Assembly (NCBI GenBank): GCA_013265495.1
Contig: MU062839.1
Span: forward strand, 11,322,210-11,386,209
Length of the DNA stretch: 64,000 nt
Direction of reading: 5' to 3'
Origin: Vicugna vicugna
Lineage: Eukaryota
The position numbers were made by a program, and so were the translations under genes. The notes beneath the pieces were generated by a model, which saw only the letters and a program-made list of their open reading frames with translations, did no database searches and was not told the origin of the DNA. Positions 37,838-50,187 of the stretch are shown piece after piece (position 1 is the first letter of the stretch; each line of letters starts with the position of its first letter).

Positions 37838-38944
37838 CTTAATGTTAAATCCTGTTAAAAACAAATCAGCTGATGCCATCTGGCTCTACGTGTTTCGCAG
37901 TGGCGTCCCAGCCTCCCCATGGTTCTGGAGCTTTGTTCCCCTTCACCCCGCTTCTTCTGATTATTACTTTCTTCCTCATCCTAATTACCCTGCTCATCAT
38001 CGTGATGACTGTCTTGTGTCCATATATCTTTCTTTTTCGTTTACAGAGTGCTTTCTCTTCTCATCTGTGATCCTGTTAGCCTCGTAAGAACCTCAGTTCT
38101 TGCTTTTTTTTTCTCTCCCCTGGAACATCTGAAATTTAGTTATTTGTGTTATAGGGAACAAATGTCTGTTGGCTGTTTTCTTAAGAATAAAAGAAATGTG
38201 TGCACATTGAACATTTTCAGACAGTGCAGGAAGGCATAAAATGAAAAGTGAGTTTCCTTTTTCCCCACAGGTGATCCCTGTTAATAGTTTCTTTTACATC
38301 ATTCCAAAAAAATTTATTCATATACTGTCATTTATAGCACCCCAGAAAAAATACAATGCCATTTTTTTGCCTGCCTATTCATTTATCTGTCCATCTCTCC
38401 TTTTCTGTTTATCCAAATGAGAGATATGCCCTGTGTCATTTTAAAATATTTACTTATATATCCCAGACACCTTCCTGTATCATTACAAGAAGCTTCCCAT
38501 CATTCTTTGTAGACACCACATAACAATGTCAGTCATTTAAAAGTTTACTCTCCAGATATTATTCTAAGTCATAAAATGTGTCAGTAAAAGGTACCTCAGG
38601 TTGAAGAGATAGGCTTACATTAGCCAGATCTTGTGAGGACAGATCTCAGTCTAGTCCATCAGAGAAAAAAAGAAATTGACTTTTTGTTTTGTGAATGATT
38701 CCCCGTATTCTGTGTTTAATATAAAAGTGGAACTTCCTGAAAATGTCATGCAATACCACATTCCTATGTGGCTGGGAGGAGTCAAGACAGGGAGGTGTTC
38801 TGGACCAGGTGCCTGGGGGCCAGCCATATAACCTTTAGCCTTTCTGGGCCCCTGTTTTGTTTTTTGGGGATATGGGAGGGTACATTTATCTAGACCTCAG
38901 TTTCTCCATCTGCAAAATAAGACAGTTCATTAGATCTAATAGAG

Positions 38945-39115
38945 GCTGAAGGAAGGTTAGGAGCGTGGGCTCATCTTGAATTCCAGCTCCATTGATGATT
39001 CATCATGTTGGGCAAGTTACTTAACCCATCTGAGCTCAGTTTTCTCACCTGTAAAATGGGATTAATCATATCTACTTCATATGAGTGCTGTGGTCATTAA
39101 GAAAGATGGTTATTT
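38945..39115 (+). mobile_element. MIR relic
   Basis: ttgggcaagttacttaacccatctgagctcagttttctcacctgtaaaatgggattaatc. Confidence 0.9.
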
Positions 39116-41074
39116 TTGCCTTGATAAATGATGAGTTTATGAATTTTCTAAGGCCGCTTTACAGTTTATAGCTGATGAAGTAGCTTTCCTTAGAGGAGAC
39201 TGGATTTTTAATAGCTGTTGTCCTTCCATAACTTAGCATTTATTGTTGTCCCGTAGATGGCAAACTTCTAATGTAATGAAATTGATTTTGAAACGTGACT
39301 TATAGGAGCTGGTCTCATTGTTTTATAGTTACATAATTGTTTGTTATTTTCTCTTGCACAGCCTGGCACATGGTGGTTGCTTTGTAACCCCAGTTGATTT
39401 AGAGATTTGTGATATTTTGTGGGGATGCTAGCTATAGGAGACTTTTCAAGAACTCCTGACTTTGGGAGAAAGGTCTACACTCTCAGATGTGTGTTTCAGC
39501 GCACTTTCCAAAACTCTAGCGCCTTCTCTTTTTAACTGGGAGAGTAACAGTCTAATGTGGATTTCCTAGTATGCATGACTTTTTAATGTAGCTTTTGCTG
39601 TAATAGACTTTCTGCGAGCTGTGTGTACTCCATAAAACACAGATGCTTTGGTAGGCTGACACACTTACCTAGTACTTTGCGTTATGTTAAAAAAAAAAAG
39701 GCAGCGATATATTTTCTTAGGAAAATAAGTTTCCCCGGAGGACAGGTCTCCTAAGATAAACAGTGCATTCTGGAGAGACATACAGGATAATGCCTAGGCT
39801 CGCCTCTGCACAGCCCCGAGCCTGCAGAGCTGTCATTTAGAAAGTACACTGTTGTCTCCTGTGGGTACTGCTGCACATCCCAAGCTGAAAGCAGAGAAAG
39901 GGGTGTGGGGGCGGGGCGGAGAGCTCCATTAACCCGGTGGTTGGGGTGCAGAGGCGGCCAGAGACAATATAAATCTGGGAACGGCCCTGCTCAGTGAATG
40001 CCCCTGCAGGAGTTAGAGTAAGACAAATTAGCATAATGTAATTGGCTGGCGGGGTCAGCCCCTCTCTGCCTTTGGGATGGTAGGGAGAGGCAGATAAAGG
40101 ATTGGGGAACATTGTGAAGAAGGCATTTTCATTTCAGCACGGCATCGATCAATATTACAGCTCAGGAGACAGCCCTCTTCAAGGTAGTAAAGTTGCCTTT
40201 TTTGAAAAATTCCTTCCTTCAAAACAAAATCTCAAAAGTCCACCTCTCTCCCCCTGCCCCTGCCCAAGCCCAAACCCAAACCAAACAAAACAATATAAGT
40301 AAAAAAGGATGGAAGAAGGTTTTTGTTTTTGTTTTGTTTTGTTTTCCCCTCTGCTCACTTACTGTCTCCACTAACTTTTGGAAGCCCCTTCTGGAACTTG
40401 GAGAACTACATGTTATTCGTCTAGTGTGTCTCTGGGTTATTAATTTGTCTAAATTACTCCATTCATAGCCTCCTTGTTGTGCATGCACTACCTTATCCTT
40501 TCTGTGGGAAGCTAAGATACATGTCTTTTCTTCTGATCTGAGTGCTGTAGTCACCTGTGTGGAAAAGGATGCAGAGACACTTCCCTGCTCTTACAGTGGT
40601 GCTTCCCCCGTGCCATTTTGTTGGTCATGTTATTTTCAGAAACTTAGGAGAGGACCATCCACTGCTGCTGCCATTTGTATACTTAAATGTTTCTTTTGCT
40701 TTCTTTATCTTTTAAAATTTTGCTTTCAAACTTCAGATGCTGAGTTGGGTTAAGCGACATCATGTTCATCACTAGTCTGGGACAATCCTCACTCTCACTC
40801 TATCTGTATTCTCTCCTCTATCTTCAGGTCCCATTCCCCATAGTCGCCCACTGCGATATCTCATTATATATTCTTACGTGTCCATGTATCCTTGTGAAAA
40901 AATCGTTATGTGTATGTGTGTGTGTTAGCTGAATGGCAATCTGCCATAAATCTTCTGCTGTTACTTTTTTCATGCCTCACTCTTTCAGAGTCATCCTTGT
41001 TGCACGCTTCTTCATTGCTTCTAACTGCTATATAGCATTTCATGGTAAGAATCCACCTATTTTATTTATCTATT

Positions 41075-41600
41075 ACCACAATCAATTTTAGAACATTTTC
41101 ATCACTCCAGAAGGAAACCTCCTGCCTACTAGGCATTACTCCCCATCCTCCAGCCGTCCAGTCCTAGGCGACCATAATTCACCTTGTGTCTCTTTGTGTC
41201 TATTTTGGGCACTTTGTACAAATGGAATCATAATATGTGGGCTTTTGTGACTGACTTCATTTAACATAATGTTTTCAGGGTTAATTTGTTTTGTATCATG
41301 TATCATTACTTTTTATGGCCAAATAATAGTCCATTGTATGGCTATTCCACATTTTGTTTATCCACTCATCAGTTGATGGACATTTGGATTGTTTCCACTT
41401 TTCAGCTCTTATGAATACTGCTGGTATGAACGTCTGGGCACATGTTTTTGTATGGACATAAGTTTTTTACACCTTTTGGGAATATACCAAGGAGTGGAAT
41501 TACTGGATCCTATGGTAACTCTGCTTAAATCTTTGATGAATTGCTAGACTGTTTTCCAAAGTGGCTGCACCATCTTACAATCTTAACAGTTTGAGGTTTC
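41075..41600 (-). mobile_element. LINE-1 3' end (L1MB-like)
   Basis: caatcaattttagaacattttcatcactccagaagg...tttatccactcatcagttgatggacatttggattgtttccac...ttttccaaagtggctgcaccatcttac. Confidence 0.9.
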
Positions 41601-43101
41601 CAATTAGGGTTCAGTCTTGCAAGAACAGACTATCCTTTATGGCAATGATTCTCATCTAGGGTCACCCCAAGCCATCTTAATAGCTCGATTTAAGGGTTAT
41701 TTTATAAGCAGTTTGTTGCTCAGTTTTGTCCACTGAAAATAACTAAACTTTGTGGAATTGGGGATAAGGAAACCTGAATTTGAGTTATGATTCTGCCACT
41801 CATTCTGTGATTTTAAGTAAATTTTCTCAGTCTTAGTTTCCTTATTTATAAATTATATGCATGCACATAGGGCCACTCTTGGTGGGGTAGGGGTGGAAAG
41901 AAAGGAGGGGTGGGTTTGGGTCCCAGAGCTTAAGGCTGAGAGCCCCAGGGAGTTAAGAATTAAAATTCAAGGGTGAATTTACATTATGATGTGAATTATC
42001 TGTTTGTCAGTTTGGGAGGTAAAAGATACTTGTAAGTTGATTTGTAACTTTAAACAATTTAGTTAGGTAGGATGTGGACCTCCATTTGTTGTCCTGCCTC
42101 GCACTTCACAAAGAGAAAGGGGTTAGGTCACGACCATGATTCTTGTGTGGCCCTATTTGAGAATTTGGAGACGTGACTCTGTGCATACTTAATTTCCCTG
42201 GGGTGACACAGTTTGATTTCCGGAATGACCACAGAAATTTACCCTGTGATAACATATGGTTCTTAGATCCCCATATCAGTAGCAACATTTGTAATCATTC
42301 ACCTTTTATTTTTTGCTGTTCTCATTTTATTTATTTATTTTTATTGAAGTATAATTGGTTTACAATGTTGTGTTAATTTCTGGCATACAGCAAAATGATT
42401 TAGTTATACGTATATATCCTTTTTCATTATAGGTTATATTACAAGATATTGAATATAGTTCCCTGTACTATACAGTATACAGTAGGACCTTGTTGTTTAT
42501 CTACTTTATATACAGCAGTTTGTATCTGCCAGTCCCAAACTCCTAATTTATCCATCCCCTCTTCCACTTTCATAACCATAAATTTGTTTTCAATATCTGT
42601 GACTCTGTTTCTATTTTGTAAATTAGTTTTTTGGAACACATTTTAGATTCCATGTATAAGTGATAGCATGTAATATTTGACTTTGTCTGACTTACTTCAC
42701 TTAGTATAATAATCTGTAGGTCCATCCTTGTTGCTGCAAATAGCATTATTTCATTCTTTTTTGTGGCTGAGTAATATTCCACTGTATATGTATACCACAT
42801 CTTCTTTATCCAGTCATCTGTTGATGGATATTTAGGTTGTGTCTATGTCTTGCCTATTGTAAATGGTGCTGCTATGAACATTGGAGTGTATGTATCTTTT
42901 CAAATTAGAGTTTTCTCTGGATATATGCCCAGGAGTGGGATTGCTGGATCATATGATAAATCTGTTTTTAGTTTTTTAAGGAATCGTCATAGTGTTTTCC
43001 ATAGTACTTGCATCAAATTACATTCCCACCAACAGTTCAGGAGAATTCTCTTTTCTCCACACCCTCTCCAACATTTATCATTTGTGGACTTTCTAATGAT
43101 G

Positions 43102-43246
43102 NNNNNNNNNNNNNNNNNNNNNNNNNNNNNNNNNNNNNNNNNNNNNNNNNNNNNNNNNNNNNNNNNNNNNNNNNNNNNNNNNNNNNNNNNNNNNNNNNNN
43201 NNNNNNNNNNNNNNNNNNNNNNNNNNNNNNNNNNNNNNNNNNNNNN
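43102..43246. other. Assembly gap (N run) inside L1
   Basis: Continuous Ns. Confidence 0.97.
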
Positions 43247-43710
43247 NTTTTTTGATTGGACTGTTTTTTTTTTTGTTATTGAAGTGAATGAGTTGTTTGT
43301 ATATTCTGGAAATTAAGCCCTTGTCAGTTCTATCATTTGCAGATTTTTTTTCTCTCAGTCTGTAGGTTGTCTTTTCATTTTGTTTATGGTTTCCTTTGCT
43401 GTGCAAAAACTTGTAAGTTTGATTAGGTCCCATTTGCTTGTTTTTGCCTTTATTTCTGTTGCCTTGGTAGATCACTCGAGGAGAACATTGCTATGATTTA
43501 TATCAGATAATGTTTTGCCTATGTTCTCTTCTTTGAAATTTATGGTGTCCTGTCTTATATTTAAGCCTTGGAGCCATTTTGAGTTTAATTTTGTATATTG
43601 TGTGAGAGAGTGTTCCAGCTTCATTGATTTAGATGCAGCTTTCCAGCTTTCCCAACATCACTTGCTGAAGAAACTGTCTCTTCTGCGTTTTATATTATTG
43701 CTTTCTTTGT

Positions 43711-43847
43711 NNNNNNNNNNNNNNNNNNNNNNNNNNNNNNNNNNNNNNNNNNNNNNNNNNNNNNNNNNNNNNNNNNNNNNNNNNNNNNNNNNNNNNNNNN
43801 NNNNNNNNNNNNNNNNNNNNNNNNNNNNNNNNNNNNNNNNNNNNNNN
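43711..43847. other. Assembly gap (N run) inside L1
   Basis: Continuous Ns. Confidence 0.97.
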
Positions 43848-44998
43848 GAGAGTTATGCCTCTAGCTTTGTTCTTTTCTCTCAGGATTGCTTTGGCAATTC
43901 TGGGTCTTTTACAATTCCATATAAATTTTAGGATTATTTGTTCTAGTTCTGTGAAAAATGTCATCAGTAATTTATGGGGATCACATTAAATCTGTAGTTT
44001 GTTTTGGGTAGTATGGCCATTTTAACAGTATCAACTCTTCCAATCCAAGAGCATGGGATATCTTTCCATTTCTTCAAATCATCTTCAATTTCTTTTACCA
44101 GTGTTTTATAGTCATTGAAGAATAAGTCTTTCATGTCCCTGTTCAGGTTTATTCTGAAGTATTTTCAGAATATACTTTCCAATGAGATTTTAACAAGGTT
44201 TTTTTTTTTCTTGCTTTCTTTTCTGATATTTCATTGTTAGTATAAAGAAATGCAACAGATTTCTGTATATTAATCTTGTATCCTGCTTCCTTGCTGAACT
44301 CATTTATCAGTTCTAGTAGTTTTGTGTGGAGTCTTTAGGGTTTTCTGTATGTGCATATCATGTCATATAATTGCACATAATGACAGTTTTACCTCTTCCC
44401 TTCCAATTTGGCTACCTTTTATTTCTTTTTCTTGTCTGATTGCTGTGACTAAGACTTCCAATACTATATCTAACAGAAGTGGTGAGAGTGGCATCCTTGT
44501 CTTATTCCAATTTTTAGCAGAAACTCTTTCAAATTTTCACATTGAGTATTATGTTGGCATAGGTTAATCGTAAATAGCTTATATTATGTTGAGATGTGTT
44601 CTCTCTGTACCCACTTTGGCAAGAGTTTTTTTAATCATGAATGGATGTTTAATTTTATTAAGTGCTTTTTCTGCATCTGTTGAGACTGTCATGTAGTTTT
44701 TGTCATTTCTTTTGTTGATGTAGTGTATCACACTGATTGATTTGCTTATATCAGAATCATCCTTGTGACCCTGAGATGAATCCAACTTGATCGTGGTGTA
44801 TGATCTTTTTTATGTGTTGTTGAATTTGGTTTGTGAATATTTTATTGATGATTTTTGCATCTGTATTCATCAAAGATCTTGGCCTCTAATTTTCTTTTTT
44901 GGTAGTATCTTTGTCTGGTTTTGGTATCAGGGTGATGGTGGCTTCATAGAATCACTTTGTGAGTGTTCCCTCCTCTTCAGTCTTTTAGAAGAGTTTGA

Positions 44999-45136
44999 NN
45001 NNNNNNNNNNNNNNNNNNNNNNNNNNNNNNNNNNNNNNNNNNNNNNNNNNNNNNNNNNNNNNNNNNNNNNNNNNNNNNNNNNNNNNNNNNNNNNNNNNNN
45101 NNNNNNNNNNNNNNNNNNNNNNNNNNNNNNNNNNNN
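44999..45136. other. Assembly gap (N run) hiding the L1 5' junction
   Basis: L1 sequence on the left, non-L1 sequence on the right. Confidence 0.97.
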
Positions 45137-45916
45137 ACACAGATTGGAATCTTAATAAGGTCAGTTTTTTGGCCAGGTAAGCATTTCAGTTCCCTTCTCT
45201 TGTATCAGTTTGAGTTTAAACTCTGAAATTGGCCTGTTAATTTGATGTTCTTCTCTGGGTGTTTTTCACAACTGAAATACCTGGTTACTGGTGGGACAGC
45301 CTGTGTCTTGAAATTTCCTTTTGATTCATGCAGCTGCAACTTTTCTAGCCCTTTTTGGTTTCCTATTCCATACCCTAGACAATTAAATGCATGATGCCTC
45401 AATATAATTTGGGATGTTGGATCTCAACTTTGGTGAAATGCAGTGAACGTAAACTCTGTGGCTTTCCTAGTCATTGGCAAAACATTTCCTAAGATGTATT
45501 AAACTGTCTCAAACTTACACAATAGAATGACTGTTGTCAGGGGCAGATGATATTCATGGTACCACCCTAAAAGCAAAGAATAATTACAGTCAGAGTATTG
45601 AGTGCCAAGGCATTGGTGGGGCCAAACTGGTGTAGAGAGAGCTAAGCATACAGAAACATCCGACTCTAGGTCTTACATGTGTTGGGAACTTTCCAAAATT
45701 CAGAGCATAGAAATCCCCACCCATAATGCTAGCTAGCTCAGATGAAGTTTCCAGAACATCTGAATCTTTACTGCCCTTTGAAAAACATAGCAGATTCTTC
45801 TCTTACCCAAATGGCCATCTGTCCTGAGGGCTAATTAACCCAACTCATGTTTTTTCTTAATTACTTCTTTGTTGTATATTACCACACATTATTTTTCGTA
45901 TCAGTTTTCCCTAGAC

Positions 45917-46483
45917 CAGAGGCACCCAAACATTCTCAGATCCAGGCACTCTCAGTGTTTCCATAATTTTTTCATGACACACCTTGGCCAAAAGAAATAC
46001 CGTATTATTTTGCTTATTAACTAGTTAGGTCCAAATAACTTCATAAGTGTACAAATATCTCAGTAGCTATTTGAAATAAATAATACACACATATTGAAAG
46101 AAAAAAAAGAATACTTTCAATTTATTCTTCAATAACTATAATTACTAATGGGGGATATTTGTACCAGTTAGGCTTCCCACAGGTTCTCAAACCTTAGAGT
46201 CAGATTGGACATCACCATCTTTGTTTTGTGTTTCAATTCATTTTTGCATGGTATTTACTTTTTATCATGATGATTACCAAAATCCAGCTTTGCAAAGATG
46301 TCATGTAATCAAAGGAATGCAGCATGATTTAATTCCGAAACACTGATGACCTCAAGTTTGTGCAGTATCCGGCAGACGCCAAGCGTTGTTGTGTTTCTCT
46401 CAAACTTTACAAGATGCTGCAGCAGCCCTGTGAGTTCATTGCAGCACCCTGGGGCACCTTGGCACATAGTTTGGGAAATGCAA
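45917..46483. mobile_element. MER119 (hAT-Charlie), near full length
   Basis: Start cagaggcacccaaac, internal aaccttagagtcagattggacatcaccatc, end ggggcaccttggcacatagtttgggaaatgcaa. 8-bp hAT-type TSD ccctagac/ccctggat. Confidence 0.82.
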
Positions 46484-47164
46484 CCCTGGATATTAAGTGT
46501 GAATCATTAGATCAAACATTAAAATCTGTTAAATCTAGGAGGTATGGGATTATCTGATTTGTCCTTAAGACTAAAATTTCTCTTTGTAGAATCATATTCT
46601 GAGATTTATACACTTACCTGTTCTTCATTTTCATCAGAAACTATGTGCTCATGTTCAGGATCCATTCCCCCATCCCCCCATTTCATTCTCTATCTTTTGA
46701 AATATACACACACATTGCTATTTCCCACCCTTATTCCTCAACAATCACATGAGCCAAAACAGCCTGATGAGCAATGTTGCCTGTTTTATTGGATGCCTGC
46801 TATTTTTGCAGTGTCAGCTTTCTGTCTTCTTTTGGTTAGTAATTACAATGAAGTATCCTAAGCATGAAAAACCTAGTGCAGAAGGTACCTATGGGGGAAG
46901 AGAAAGTGCTGCTTTTCTTATCAAGGTTGCACACTTGTTTCAAACCTGAAGCCATTTGTGAGCCAGCAAATGTCACATGAACTTAGACCCCAGAGAGCAT
47001 CGGCCATTTGCTTGGTTGCACAAGCCTGTGCTCTGGCCACTGCAGTGGATTTTAACACCTTGGTCTTTGGCTGCTTTTCTGAAGAAGGCTCATAACATCA
47101 CTAAGTTTCAGGCTCAGTGATGTTTTAGCCTGACTTTCTGTCTCTCTTTATTCTAATGAAGAGT

Positions 47165-47295
47165 CTGCTGCTGCTGCTGCTGCTGCTGCTTATGCTGTTG
47201 TGGCCACTGCTATTCTTTCTCCTCCTCCTTCACCTGCTTTTCCTCTTCCTTTTCTCCTCCTCCTCCCCCTCCTCTGCCACCACCACCTCCTCCTG
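47165..47295. repeat. (CTG)8 microsatellite followed by a (CTC/TCC)n pyrimidine tract
   Basis: Eight CTG units at 47165-47188, then a low-complexity C/T tract. Confidence 0.92.
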
Positions 47296-47795
47296 ACTTT
47301 TCTTATGAACATGTCCACTGTCTCCCTTGCAGTCTCTTAGCCCCCACGAGCTAACACTGAGCCCTTTGGGTGAGTGGCTTCAGCAGCTGGAGGTCAGTGT
47401 GGTCTCCCAGAACCCTGGAGTCAGAACATCTTTCCAGCAGACAGGGAGACTGGGAGTAGGAAGACTGCCCAGTTGTGGAAGTGGCTTCAATCAAAGTTGG
47501 AGTCCAAATGGCCATCGTTGGCCATTGTTTTGCTTTACAACTAATTCAATGACTCTATCAGATGCCAACCCTGCTTGCCTCTGTCCCTCGTGCCTTTTCT
47601 AACTTCTTTCCCCCAGCCCTGCCAACCCCGCTCCCGCTGCTCTCATCCGTCCTTTACCTCCTCAACTTCTCCGCTCAAATTTTGCATTCCACCTTTGACT
47701 CCAGCCTGCAAAACGTTCCTGCCCCTGTCCCCAGTCAGGTGGAGGCTGCCATAACTCCTGTGTGATATCAATAACCCACGCTAGTGAAGCCAATG

Positions 47796-47927
47796 NNNNN
47801 NNNNNNNNNNNNNNNNNNNNNNNNNNNNNNNNNNNNNNNNNNNNNNNNNNNNNNNNNNNNNNNNNNNNNNNNNNNNNNNNNNNNNNNNNNNNNNNNNNNN
47901 NNNNNNNNNNNNNNNNNNNNNNNNNNN
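47796..47927. other. Assembly gap (N run)
   Basis: Continuous Ns. Confidence 0.99.
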
Positions 47928-49715
47928 GTTAAGACTTTATAATCTAAAGCAGCACTAGGAGTATCACCCCAAGGCTTTAACTTCACGTCAGATAAAAACA
48001 AAGCGGCTGAAGTCTTTAGTTGATGCCAAATGTACACAAGAACACAACAAGCTTTAGGGGGTAATTACTTTCTGAGTGCTTGATGTGGATTCGCGGAGAA
48101 ACACATCTGTTACCAAATTTGCCAATGATTAATATGATTCTTCCATTTCCACAGAAAGCGGGGGAAGTAAAGTTGATGGTTACAAGTGCCAAGCCAATCT
48201 CGTATGTGGCCCACATAGAATCATGTATCATTTTCTTGAGATAAGAAAAAAGTATCAGTAAAATCTCCTCTCACACTTTAGATTATGCCCTATAGGATTA
48301 TGTGTACAGAAAAGGATTTTTGTGCAATTAAATTATCTTTGGTGTTGCTGAAAGGATGCAGAGCTTTAAAGGTTAATGGCCTCTTTTGGAAGCAAAATAA
48401 TTCATGTTTCAGATTTTTGCAAGCCCTGAAGCTTCTTCCCCCTTCTTTTTCCTTCCCTGATGTCCTCCCAGCCCAAATCAAATCCTTTCATGAAACACAC
48501 TCGTTCTGCAATTCTTTCCCAGGTTCATACCCTCAGCCAACTAGTGACTAACCCTTTTTGTGTTTTAACTATTATCCAGAGTATTTGGTCTAAAGTATTT
48601 GCATTTGAGTTCTGGAAAGCTCTAAGCATTTTACAAATGTTACCTCATTAATCACCACAACCATCAGACTGACAGTGTTTGCCTTATATTAAAAGCATTG
48701 GAAAAAAGAAAGCTCCGAGTGGCCTGGGGACCTGACCAAGGTTGCTTGGTGAGTCGGTGTGAGAGAGGGAGAGAATTTGCCATCTCAGGCACCATTCCGT
48801 CTCCCATATCTGGTACCCTCTCATCGCTGAACACACCTAAAACCCTCTGGGGTAAGGCCTTCAGGACTGCCGGATCTCAGGGTCACCTTTGTGATTTCTG
48901 AGTATTTTTGTTCTTTACTTCTAACTAATGGCTGAGTTATGGTTTAAGCCTGAACGAAAGCTCCTGAGTAGGATTAGAATGTTCCTTTTCTTTTGTTACA
49001 ATCAGGGCCATCTTAAGATGACAGGGACTTTCCACCCCGTGCCTCTAGGCTCCAGTACAAGATACCAGTCCCTGGATGACAGGCAGTAACCGTGAGAGAA
49101 GGCTGCATCACTGGGCTTCGGAAGAACAAGCAAAATGCCCTCTGCTCATTTACCGTCACCCATGGCAGCGACTCAGCTCCCAACTGGGTGGTCCTGAGAC
49201 GGCAGCTCTGCCTTTGCAGCCACATCCTTTGGGCTGCATGCTGTGTTGTCTTGAGACTTTGCTCATCGGGGTGCTTCGGGGTTCCCGCTACCTGGGTTCA
49301 TCAACAGAAAAGTATTAGGAAGATGGTTAAAGGAGGAAAAGGATAGGATTCTTTGACCTGGGCCTGGCAGTCCACTAGGGATGGCTTTGCTTCTGGGGCT
49401 GGATTGAAATTCATTGTCTGTTGTGAAGTGTGAGGTAGGCAAGATCCAGGAGATACTATTACACACAGATTACTAAAACTGCTTCCAGCTGGTCCAGGCA
49501 TCTCTGCCAGGAAATAGGCCACTCTCCAGGAGACATTTCCACTGATGCCAGGACGCCAGGCTCACTCCACATCTATCTGTCTCTAAGCATGGTGCCCATG
49601 ATACAGTTTTCTCTCCCAGCTTTCTCGATGCCAATTAAGATACACTCAAAGTGGGCTATTTATGTCTGGATGATAGATTAGAAAAATCCTAAGGTCAAAA
49701 AAATTTCTAGTGGTT

Positions 49716-49808
49716 GTGGGGTACAGCTCGGAGGTAGAGTGCCTGCTTGGCGTGCACAAGGTGCTGGGTTCAATCCTCAGTGCCTCTCTTAAGTGAAGAG
49801 AAAAAAAC
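49716..49808 (+). mobile_element. Camelid Vic-1-type tRNA-derived SINE
   Basis: gtggggtacagctcggaggtagagtgcctgcttggcgtgcacaaggtgctgggttcaatcctcagtgcctc followed by an A-rich tail. Confidence 0.85.
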
Positions 49809-50023
49809 ATTCTAAACAAGAACAACTTCATCTTACTTGAGTGGCTTTAGCTAATTTCCAAATTCTGTGGCACTGTCGGACTCCCCCCTCCCCACTTCTC
49901 ACCCATTCCTAATTTATTTCCTAACGCGGAATCTAAATATATCATGGGAGATGTACCATTACTTTCCCTTCTTTCAAGTAATGCATTTTTGTGTAAACAT
50001 ATTGTTTACATGACAGAACCTTT

Positions 50024-50187
50024 NNNNNNNNNNNNNNNNNNNNNNNNNNNNNNNNNNNNNNNNNNNNNNNNNNNNNNNNNNNNNNNNNNNNNNNNNNNNN
50101 NNNNNNNNNNNNNNNNNNNNNNNNNNNNNNNNNNNNNNNNNNNNNNNNNNNNNNNNNNNNNNNNNNNNNNNNNNNNNNNNNNNNNNN
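50024..50187. other. Assembly gap (N run)
   Basis: Continuous Ns. Confidence 0.99.

Larger units (their letters stand above)
42325..44998 (-). mobile_element. 5'-truncated, decayed LINE-1 (ORF2 3' part plus 3'UTR), cetartiodactyl/camelid type
   Basis: T-rich tail at about 42325-42345 followed by an L1 3'UTR. Minus-strand ORF pieces show ORF2 motifs ([53 protein letters not shown]). Stops and frameshifts present; interrupted by N gaps. Confidence 0.95.

Noticed and set aside
42987-43964. L1 ORF2-like ORFs as an active retrotransposon
   Set aside because: Fragmented by stops and frameshifts, 5'-truncated, and ORF lengths are inflated by N runs.
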